Notes under the pieces: generated by a model
Told to the model about the DNA's origin: nothing
The model's database searches: none
Seen by the model: the letters and a program-made list of their open reading frames with translations, nothing else
Part shown: positions 50,567-64,000 of the stretch, in pieces
How the letters are laid out: the number at the start of each line of letters is the position of its first letter
Numbering within the stretch: the first letter of the stretch is position 1
Source of the DNA: the human T2T-CHM13v2.0 reference genome, Homo sapiens
NCBI RefSeq assembly: GCF_009914755.1
Contig: NC_060931.1
Strand: one strand, 5' to 3'
DNA: 64,000 nt
Made by a program: the position numbers and the translations under genes

Positions 50567-50865
50567 TTTTTTTTTTTTTTTTTTGAGATGGAGTCTCGCA
50601 CTCTGACCCAGGCTGGAGTACAGTGGTGCCATCTTGGCTCACTGCAAGCTCCACCTCCTGGGTTCACACCATTCTCCAGCCTCAGCCTCCTGAGTAGCTG
50701 GGACTACAGGCACCTGCCACCACGCCTGGCTAATTTTTTGTATTTTTAGTAGAGATGGGGTTTCACCATGTTAGCCAGGATGGTCTCAATCTCCTGACCT
50801 TATGATCCGCCTGCCTCGGCCTCCCAAAGTGCTAGGATAACAGGCGTGAGCCACTGTGCCCGACG
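50567..50865 (-). mobile_element. AluY
   Basis: TSD GAATTCTGATA. Confidence 0.95.
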
Positions 50866-51816
50866 GAATTCTGATACAAGTTTTAAAAACATTTTTCCAA
50901 CTTCTAAACACACAAACATGAAAAATAATCTTCTGGGATTTTGTTGAAGACTAGTTTTTTTCTATCCATCAATTTTTGAAGAATAAATATTTTGACAATA
51001 TGTACTTTGGCTTGTTTAGGCCTTCTTTAATTTGTCAGTGACATTTTGTAGTTTCTGTTTAGATGCTTGTGTATTTAGCATTAAATTTATTCTAAGTTAT
51101 TTGATACTTGATTCTTTCATGAATGGTATCTTTCTTAAATTTCATTATCTAACCAATTGTAAATGTATACAAAATGATTTTTGTATACAGATCATGTGAA
51201 TCTATGGTCTATAATATGTGTTCTATTTTTAGAATCTGGATTATTTAGGTTTTCTGTATTCTACTATCTGTGAATAAAGGTAGTTTTAGTCTTTTATCAC
51301 CATTTATATATTTTATTTCTTTTTCTTGCCTTATTACACTGGCTAGGACTTCTTGTACAACGTTGAATAGACATGATACTGGGTATTTTATTTCTGACCT
51401 TAAGAGTAAAGCTTTCAACACACCACTAATGTGTATAATGTTTGCTGTTGGTCTTTGTAGATATTTTAGAAGGTAAAAAAAAGTTCTATTCTAGTCATTG
51501 TTTTCTTAGTTTTATTATTATTGATAGTGTTGAATTTTATCAAAAGAAAATTTTCATCTTTTGCCATTATCTTATCATTTTCTCCCTCTTTATTAATGTG
51601 GTGAAATTATCTTGCTTGATATATATAATTTTAATTTCTGCATTATATATAGTTGAATTAAGGCTATGGATACAATCTTTGGATCTTTAGCATAACTGCT
51701 TTTGCCAAGTTTGGAAAATTTTTAGACATTAGCTTTTCAGTACTGTTTTAGCCTTATGCTCTCTCTCCTGTTTCTGGGACTCTACACATATACTATATAT
51801 TTTTTTCTTTTCATAA

Positions 51817-52157
<341 letters not shown>

Positions 52158-53866
52158 TCTACTTTTCTTCTTAATTTTTTTAGACTCTTTCTCTGTGTAT
52201 AGATTTAAAAAATTAAAGAGAAGTATTGCTAACTGTAAGCCCATTTTTTCCTTCTGTCTCTCTTGGATTTTGCCTTTTAAGTTCTAGATACCTCACACTA
52301 ATTTCTGTCTCTTGATCCTACCATATTTTCCCTACATACCTCATGTGTTTACCAAAGCTATTTTGTTTCTCAGCTTTTTGTGTTTTTGCTTTGGCTTCTG
52401 CCTTGTTTCTCAATCTCTCTCTCCAGCAAATGATCTAAATATGAAAGCTGCTTACAGAATGTCAGGTAACCCTTTTGTGATTGACCTCTTTGAGGGATCT
52501 TGACCCCTCAAGTCCTGATAGCCTCAGCGACTCTTCCAGTGACTTCAAACGAAGCCTCTCCCTCTTTGTAATTATATCTGTTTTTTTCTAGTTGTTCTCA
52601 GTGGGAGTGTTAGTCAGCTACTCTATTGCAGCCACCTCAGAAATTCCCTGTAAATTTGTTTTGATGACTCAAGAGTTTCATGTTGTTTTGAGTGTCAGAA
52701 TCTGAGTGATTTAACAAGTATTGCATAAGCTTTAATAAAAGCCATAAAAACATGAAAAATGTTTGCTATAATATGTGTGAAATTCTTTAAATAGGCAACC
52801 CAAAGGCACTATGCCAGTGGAAGATTTCTTATTTCTGAAAGAATTGGAATGGAAAGGAATCCCAGTTTTTCTGAATCTGAGAACAGATTATATTAGAATA
52901 TAAAATGGCAAAAACATATAAATATATAGTCACTTAGTATTTAGAGTGGAAAGAATATACTGATCACAGACTACAGGAATTTCCTTTGCAATCCATTGGA
53001 GACCTGAAATATTATTTCTCACTAGTTTTCCAGTTAGGGGAGAGGGAAGAAATAGGGTTGTGCTGTGGTCAGATGAGTAGTGAAAGCTTCAATGGCAGCA
53101 AGAGAATTCCAGAAGTTGAAAAGTTGCAGATCCATGGGGCTCAGGAACTGTTACCATTGGACAGACTTTTCACTTTTATTCTGCTAAGGGACATTAATAG
53201 GCAGTTGGATTTTGCCAAAAAAGAATTAAGATAGTGAATAAGAACTTATTGAAATGATTTTAAAACCCTGTAAATCATTTTCAGGTGAGATTATATTTTA
53301 GATGTGAATTAAAACATATCAAACCTATGTTTGATCTTTATTTTATGTATTAATTTTTCAGGACTAGGTCTAGTGTAAAACTAAATATAAACCAAATAAC
53401 TAAATCAAATATAGAGATTAATATTCAGATACTTTAGATGATAAGAGGGGAACTTATCTATGCTTGTATCTCATGCATTAGGTCTGCATTTTCCTAAAAT
53501 TATTGTATCCAAATTTTTTAATTGTGTCAAAAACATTACGTATTTACAAATAGGAACATTTTATTTTGAAATTGTGGAGTAAAATTTTTAAAACTAAAAT
53601 ATGTCTAGTATATAAAATTTCATATCGCTATATTTTATTATGAAGGATACATGTATTCATGCTCTAAAGGAGGAATTAGTCACAAATTTTTACATATTTT
53701 AGAGACATTAAAAGCTTTGGTATCATTATAGACATTCTAAATAAATCTCAAAAGCACTAATCTACAAAGAGTAACAATTCAGAGAGTCAGGGAGAGAGGA
53801 TTATAGTTTCAGATGTAACAAGTTATTCACCATTATGGTTTGCATATTGACGGCTGTGGAAACTGT

Positions 53867-53918
53867 TGACTCATTAGTGACTTACACACTCAAGACAGAG
53901 TAAAATTTTGACTCAGCA
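53867..53918. promoter_or_regulatory. AP-1 / ARE (NRF2-MAF) motif cluster
   Basis: TGACTCA 53867-53873, TGACTTA 53878-53884, TGACTCAGCA 53909-53918; motif match only. Confidence 0.35.
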
Positions 53919-55007
53919 ATTCCATTTCTTATTCAACTGCGTTTATAACTTGACATTATTTAATCAAATAATTATTTTACAGAGGTTATGAACTCTCTGT
54001 CTTCCATTAAAGTAAATGTTTTATATCAACTTCTATATATTTATTTATTCTGAACATTATAATATGCCAAACAGTAATTTATTGCTAATATTTTATGGTT
54101 TTACCCCCTATGGATATAGAGTTGGGATGGAAATAATCTACCTGAGAATTAGAAAACCCCAAATCAAATCTTTGCTGTCCCACTACAGCATGGGTTAGGT
54201 TAGACAAGTCATTTTCTATCACCAGAAATAGAGATTCCACATGTATATTTATTAAATGTTATTTAATTATGTGATTATCTCAATTAACATAACTTCTAAG
54301 AATGAGCACAAGGATATTTACATTGCAACATATAATTATACAACAATTATTATTTTTCAGTTTCGTTCATTGCAAATGCCTGGAAGCAATGGCAACCCAA
54401 TAGGAATAGACACTACTTATCTATATTATCACCTTAAAATACCATTCCTCATTAAAAGGAATTATAGCTTTTGCAAAGAATACTGGACTTCAGCCATGTG
54501 GCAGAAAATATATAAATCAACCTGGAGAATTTCAGTGAGTCAATAATCAAGCATCTGTCAAACTCTGTTATTTTGTGTAAAAGGACACAGAAACCAACAT
54601 AAATAGCTCACATTTTTCAAATATAGGAGAATAATTTGAACATAAGAAAGAATGATTAAGGGAATTATATAAAACATTAAAATAGGGTTCTGAGTTTATT
54701 ATGTGATGAGAGATTGAAAGAGGTAGAGATGAGAGAGAGAACAAGGTGGGGCTGGGGGTGCAGGAATTGTAAAGGAATCAAGAAATTCATTGAACAACAC
54801 CACTGGAGAAATTTGGCACCAACACCTGTTCCTTAAATTAGCAACTAAAATGAAATAATCAAGAATTTAGTCTGAATTTTCCTTATGATTGATAATTCAT
54901 ACTGTCCAAAGAGCTTTGGATGATAAGGGAGGGAAAGTTATTCTTTATGATAATATTTGATCTAATAATAACAAAGTATAATTAAATTTTTAAAAATTGT
55001 CATTTTA

Positions 55008-55303
55008 GGCTGGGCTCGGTGGCTCACACCTGTAATCCCAGCACTTTGGGAGGCTGAGGCAGGTGGATCACCTGAGGTTGGGAGTTTGAAACCAGCCTGA
55101 CCAACATGGAAAAACCCCGTCTCTACTAAAAAATACAAAATTATCTGGGCATGGTCGTGCATGCCTGTAATCCCAGCTACTCAGGAGGCTGAGGCAGGAG
55201 AATCACTTGAACTCCCAGGAGGAGTTTGCAGTGAGCCAAGATTGCACCATTGCACTCCAGCCTGGGCAACAAGAGTTAAACTCCGTCTCCAAAAAAAAAA
55301 AAA
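55008..55303 (+). mobile_element. AluSp-like
   Basis: GAGGTTGGGAG, CTGACCAACATGGA; TSD approximately AAAAATGTCAT. Confidence 0.95.
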
Positions 55304-55491
55304 TGTCATGTACAGCTCCAGGTAAAATAAGTGATTTAGGAACTAACTCTCAATTGAAAACAAAGATGTAGAAAATTGACGGAAATGTTCACAATGAAGG
55401 GAATATGGTCCATGTTGGTTAGCATGACTAAGATGGTGAAAAAACACTGTATGGTTCCTCATGTGATGTTATATGAAACACAGAATAACTA

Positions 55492-55950
55492 TGTTAGTCT
55501 TCTACTCCTATTACAAAATACTAGAAACTGGGTAATTTATAAACAATAGAAATTTATTTCTCATAGTTATGGAGGCTGAGAAGCCCAAGATCAAGTTGTT
55601 GGTAAGTTCAGTGTCTAGCGAGAGCTTAGCCTCTGCTTCCAAGATGGCACCTTGAACACTGTGTCCTCCAATGAAGATGGAAGGGCCAGGTAGCTCTCTG
55701 ATGCCACTTGTTCCATCATCAACTCAAAAGTCTGAAGAGCAGTCTTACCTGAATATCATCTAAATTAGAAATGGGTGACACTCAAGGTATGATTCATTCT
55801 GTGACAAATTTCCCTCCAGCTGTGAGCCTGTGAAACCTAACAAGTTATGTGTTTCCAAAATACAGTAATAGGACAGGCATAGGATAGATATTCCCATTTC
55901 AAAAGGGACAAATAGAAAAGAAGAAAGGGGTAACAGGTCCCAAGTAAAAC
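55492..55950 (-). mobile_element. MST-family MaLR LTR fragment plus internal sequence
   Basis: ACTGGGTAATTTATAAACAATAGAAATTTATTTCTCA..GCTTCCAAGATGGCACCTTGA; int-like CCAGCTGTGAGCCTGTGAAA..GGATAGATATTCCCATT. Confidence 0.75.
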
Positions 55951-56059
55951 AAAATTTGATAAACTGACCATTGGTAAAAATTAAAAGCATTTGATGTTTA
56001 AAAGACATCCTTGCAAAAATGAAATCACGTGCACAGAATGAGAGAAAATAATTTATCCA

Positions 56060-56351
56060 TTTATTTTTTCTGAGAAAGGGTCTCCCTTTGTCCCTCAGGC
56101 TGGAGTGCAGTGATGCCATCACAGCTCACTGTAGCCTCAACCTCTTGGCCTCAAGTGATCCTCCTACCGTAGCCCCCGAGCTGGGACTACAGGCATGCAC
56201 CATCATGTCCAGCCGCATTTTTATTTTTCATCGAGAAGCAGGGGTCTCACTGTGTTGCCCTGGCTAGTCTCAAATTCCTGGGCTTAAGTGATCCTCCCAC
56301 TTTGGCCTCCCAAAGTACTGGGATTACAGGTGTAAGCCACTGCACACAGCC
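56060..56351 (-). mobile_element. AluJ
   Basis: CACAGCTCACTGTAGCCTC, CAAGTGATCCTCC, GGTCTCACTGTGTTGCC. Confidence 0.92.
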
Positions 56352-56409
56352 AAAAAGATATTTTTAAGTAGTTATGATAAAGGTACAGAATTTGTGGGGG
56401 TGGGGCAGG

Positions 56410-56411
<2 letters not shown>

Positions 56412-56444
<33 letters not shown>
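56412..56444. repeat. (CA)n microsatellite
   Basis: Directly visible. Confidence 0.95.
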
Positions 56445-56446
<2 letters not shown>

Positions 56447-56782
56447 GAAAAATACCAAAATCAAAAACACCTCTTCCAACCCAATACAGTATCAAGAAAG
56501 CAGACAACTCAATTAAAATATGGGCAAAAGATTTGAACGGACATTTAGCCAAAGAAAATATGAATTGTCAGCAAGCAAAGGAAAAGATGCTCAACTTCAT
56601 TAATCACTAAGGAAATGCAAATCAAAAACATGGTGAAATACTTCTACACACCCACTAGAATGGCTAAAACTAAATACATTGACAAAACAATGTATTGATG
56701 AGGCCTTGGATCAACTGGAACTCTTGTACATTTCTTGTGGGAATATAAACAAATACAATCTTTTTGAAAAGCAATTTGAAAG

Positions 56783-57111
<329 letters not shown>

Positions 57112-57422
57112 TGCAATTTGGTAGTTTTTTTTTTTATAAAAATAAAGCAAATTAGAAGCAAATGTTTTTTAAAAACCAAATCATTGTTATTAAATTATTG
57201 ATAAGTAATAGATCATTATTCCTCTGAGCTCTTGTGGGAAATTCACACTTTTTGGTATTCAGAATTACAATAAATCCAGAAATAGAAATGGAGAGTTATT
57301 TCTGTGATTAGGATTTTTAACACTTCATGGTGTGGCTATTTTTTTGGAAAGGATCTTTTAGAAAGATAATCACAACAAAATGTATAAAATAGATCAAGTT
57401 ATTTTAAATTTTGTTCACTAAC

Positions 57423-57945
<523 letters not shown>

Positions 57946-58291
57946 ACTCAAAACTATTTCTTTTAAATCTACGTTTAGAAATTGAATTTCACTTTTCTCA
58001 TGACATTGGTGAGCATCAACATGTACAGGGTTTTCCCAGTGAGGTTTCTGATTTCTTTGGTATATGTCTCAGAACCAAATAAAATAAACTCCCTATTTTG
58101 CTCTTATATGTTGTGAGGACTTGGAAAGACAGAGAAAGTAAGTACAATATATTATTCAGTAACTTCCAGTAATAGGTAACAAAACTCATACTCAAAATAT
58201 TGTGTATTTAAATAAATCGCCACTGACTACAATAATAATTTATATCCTAAATTAATGAGTTCTGTTTGTGTAGGATTCCAAATGCTACTAC

Positions 58292-58604
<313 letters not shown>

Positions 58605-59238
58605 TGATGCCAAAATATTTGCATAAAAGAAAAAACTCAATCATCCATTTATTTTCAAATATTCAGATGTTATTCACATCAAACATCCAGATGTGTTATG
58701 AAATTTATTTTTTCTTTGATTTATACTAGATAGCTATGTCTGAATGCAACTAATTAGATCCATATACTTCTAATTTAATAAATAAAATGTAAAAAGATTC
58801 GTATGTGGAATAGAAGAATGCATTTGAAAGCTTGCAGTAATGCAGATACAGGATCTATTAATACAATCACCATTTTAGAGCTCATTTTGTAAATATAATT
58901 TCAATCATATGGCTTCAATCAATTAAAATACTTTGACTTGGATCCTATTAATGTCTATTTGAAGATATAAAATAATAGCTATGCATTGTTCTAACGTAAT
59001 CCTCAATTCATGAACATGTGTTACACACATTACATCCTTATTAATGGTAACATAGATCAAAAAGGTTGTATTTATAAATTAAAACACATTTTAGTTCATT
59101 CAAAGTATATTTTGCTTATACTGACATGACTAAAAACTACAGCATGTATGCAAAAGCATATGTAATCAAATTCACAGATTCTTCGTGCTCATTCATGTTA
59201 TTCTCTTTAGCACTCTGTCTGTTGAAAATGAAATAACT

Positions 59239-59560
<322 letters not shown>

Positions 59561-60589
59561 TCAAAATGCAAACAAAGATCTAACTAGGAACTAAAATAAT
59601 TTCCAGCCCAATATTTTAACCTTTAGCTTACCTTCTTAAGATTTGGACACACCTAACTATGTGTCCTTCTAGATTAGCAAAATATGGAATATAAGTGTTC
59701 TTGATAGATGGATGCAGGATATATCTACCTAACATTAGTAAAAACAGATTTGAAAGAGAAACTTTTACATTTGCCATAAGATTACAGAAATGATAAAACA
59801 ATGGCTTTTAATTTACAGTGTCTGAGCTTTAAAAGATGAAGGATTAAACTTTAGGCATAATTTTTATCAAATCAGCTTTTTCTGTCCAAACCATCTTTAT
59901 GCTCTATTTGGAATTAAAGAATGGGCCAAATATATTTTTTTCTTGGAAGTAACATGATAATTCTCCAAAGAATCTGGTCACTATCTAAAAGCTTGCCTGG
60001 CTTTTATTTATTAAAATATTTTGTACTTGCAATTAACCTGCTCATTCTCAAATATAGACCTTCTCCATCACCAAACCCTTTAACACCAGAGCTCCAGGCA
60101 GATTGATAATGAACATTACACTGCTTCACTGCTTTCCTTTTGTATTTTTCTTAATATGGTTGAACTTAAATTATATAACAAGTGAATGTTCAATTTTCAT
60201 AGTTTTCAATGTCTGGTTATATGTTCTTCAGCATTATAAATTAAGTAAACCAGAGAAATAAAGACAGAAGTACTCAAATGAGTGAATTCAAATTTCTATT
60301 AATATCTGATAAAATGTTTATTGGAAAATAGTGTTAAAATCTATAGGTAAATTAAGATTTGCATATCTTTCATTGTATTCATGATTACTATTAATTATGC
60401 AGACAAGGGTGGCTTTTGGTAGTGACAAGCTAATTGCAGTTCTTGGAACCAGGTAGATTATTTGGCTCCATTCAGAAATTATATGACGTGTTAATGATTG
60501 TCTTCACTGATTTTTCTTCTTAAATGCCCACAGGTAACCAACCAAATAAAATAATTCCAGAGAATAGTACCAACAGGTAGGATAATTTA

Positions 60590-61080
60590 TTCATTTATTA
60601 ATTCAACTATTTACTGATTACCTACTGTGTGCAAAGCATAGTTCTAGAAATGTAGAAATAAACTAAAACAAACAACAAACTATTTCTTGACTCCTATGAC
60701 CTAGTGGTGAGGGATAGACAATAGACAGAATAACATTATACTGTATTAGAAAATTCATATTAATATGAAGAATAGAAGGTATGCAAGGTGATAGGAAATA
60801 TTGAGGCATGTTGCAGTATTATATAAGGTAGCAAGAAGGCCTCTCTATGGATGACATTTCAGGAAACATTTGAAGTAAATTTTCGCATGATTCATTTAGG
60901 TATCTAGTCTGGGAGCAGCATCGTGGACAGAGTGGGACAGGATTCAGATACAGGGGCTCTGAGTGGGGAGCTCCTGTCATGTATGAGAGACATGATGGAG
61001 TCCTATGTGGCAAGATCAGAGGGAGAAAGAAGAGAGCAACAGAGATGTGGTCAGAAAGGCAATGGTTGGGGGCAGATTAA
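60590..61080 (-). mobile_element. L2 3' fragment
   Basis: ATTCAACTATTTACTGATTACCTACTGTGTGCAAAGCATAGTTCTAG. Confidence 0.7.
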
Positions 61081-61108
61081 ATAAAGTCCAGATTACTTAA
61101 TGGTTTGA

Positions 61109-61405
<297 letters not shown>

Positions 61406-61612
61406 TAATGGTTTTCAAAAGTTCTCTATGAAGTTTATTCATAGTAAAGTTAGTGATTTTAAAACTGAATTATATTCAATAAGAATTAATGCTTCAGCAT
61501 GAATTTGGAAAATGAGTATTACTTATATTCTTTTCAGGTTAATGGAAATTCCAGGCAAGGGAATACTATAGTGCGCTGTCCCTGTCCTTGCCTTATGAAA
61601 AGGTATATTGAT

Positions 61613-62300
<688 letters not shown>

Positions 62301-62369
62301 ATAAATTATGCAACATATTAAATATAACTCCAAGATTTTACCCTTGTACTCCAACCCCTACTGATAGTC

Positions 62370-62960
62370 TATTGTCAACACTGCAGCAGAGCTCATCTCT
62401 TAAAAATATGTCACAAAATGTCTCTTCTCCTCTTAAAACTCTACAGTAGCTCCACAAAGTCCTTACAAGTGTCTGCAAAGCTGCATATAACCCTTCCTCC
62501 ATCACCCCTCTTAGCTTGTTGGCTTCTACAATCTTCCTGTTTGCTTACTCTGCTCGGGTCACTGTGGCTGCTTTGCCGCTTTGCGTAAGGTTGTTCTTTC
62601 CACCTGGAACACTCTTCCCCAGTCACACGGCTAATCTCCCTCATTCTTTCAAGCCCTTGTTCGAATATCACTCCAAAGAAACCTACTCAGGGCACTCTAT
62701 GAAACTTGCAAGCCATCCTTTTTCCTGAATCCCCATTCCTTCACCTGGCATTCGTTTCCACAGGACTTACCGATATTTAAAAATTATTTAAATATTTCAC
62801 TTATTGACTATGGTTGTTGTTATGTTTGATTTGTTTGTTTTCAGCTATCTCTCTTTGCTAAAATGAAAGCTCCATAGGCGCAAGGGTCCTCTTTTTGTTC
62901 ATGGATCTGTCCTGAATTCTCAAAATGAAATAGGAAATGTAGTAAGATGTCAATAAATAC
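62370..62960 (+). mobile_element. L2 fragment
   Basis: CACTGCAGCAGAG..CTTAAAA..CCTGGAACACTCTTCCCC..AAAGCTCCAT..GTCAATAAATA. Confidence 0.7.
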
Positions 62961-63061
62961 TTTTAAAGTGTCGTTCTTTCAACAAAAAAAAGACAAAGCC
63001 TTATGATGTTAGAAGGCCCTTAATAAAAACTGTAGTAGATTTAAACTTTCACTGTATAGTA

Positions 63062-63272
63062 TAGTATAGACCAATAAAGCAATAACAATACAATGATGAA
63101 AATGTTTGCCACAGTATCCAGGTTAGTAGCCACTAGTCACATACGGTTCTTGAGCACTTGAAATGTAGCTGGTATGGCTGAAGAACTGAATTGTTTATTT
63201 TATTTAAGTTTAATTAAAATTTACATTTATATAGCCACATAGGCTAGTGGTAACCTCATAGGAAAATGTAGC
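63062..63272 (+). mobile_element. MER3 (hAT-Charlie)
   Basis: GTAGCCACTAGTCACAT..TTGAGCACTTGAAATGTAGCT..TAGCCACATAGGCTAGTGG. Confidence 0.85.
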
Positions 63273-63289
63273 TCTAGAAAGCATAAACT

Positions 63290-63797
<508 letters not shown>

Positions 63798-64000
63798 ATG
63801 CCCAGGTAGGTTTGATGCACTACTAAGTTAATGTAATTTCCAAATTCAGTGCCCTATTATGCTTTTTAGAGCTGAAATCCATGTCTACTGAAATGTGTTT
63901 AGTAATCCTATAATGGAAGAAAATACAGTATTCCAAAAGTAATAAGTAGTATACTTATTTATACTTATCACTTTAAACAATTTTTTCTTTAAATTCTGTT

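Larger units (their letters stand above)
55965..56782 (+). mobile_element. Old L1M ORF2 3' fragments
   Basis: TGGGCAAAAGATTTGAACGGACATTT..GGAAATGCAAATCAAAA..CACCCACTAGAATGGCTAAA. Confidence 0.75.

Noticed and set aside
60505-60582. CACAG|GTAAC recursive-splice-like site or 43-nt exon
   Set aside because: Donor weak and peptide unrecognised; such motifs are frequent by chance.

Overview
Primate (human-like) AT-rich non-coding DNA, either intronic or intergenic; the locus and species cannot be named from sequence alone. I recognise no protein-coding exon, RNA gene or processed pseudogene. The ORF track is mostly Alu, L1 or LTR read-through plus chance ORFs. The window holds about 46 Alu pieces, an unusually large share of them AluY-type (about 24). 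It also holds solo LTRs (LTR12/ERV9, two MER61-like, MER68-like, LTR47-like, two THE1, MST, MLT1), a 5'-truncated L1PA, old L1M/L2/MIR/L3 fragments, MER20/MER3 DNA transposons and a decayed ERVL pol fragment. I cannot support a new biological system here. The best leads are the AluY excess, repair scars inside Alus (a fold-back templated insertion, an Alu trimer), a 28-bp-spaced inverted Alu pair, a 33-bp dispersed duplication, a near-ISG15 ISRE, an AP-1/ARE cluster, an LTR12 promoter core and a few well-formed candidate non-coding exons. Repeat subfamily names come from remembered consensus sequences and need RepeatMasker/Dfam confirmation; ends of old repeats are approximate.
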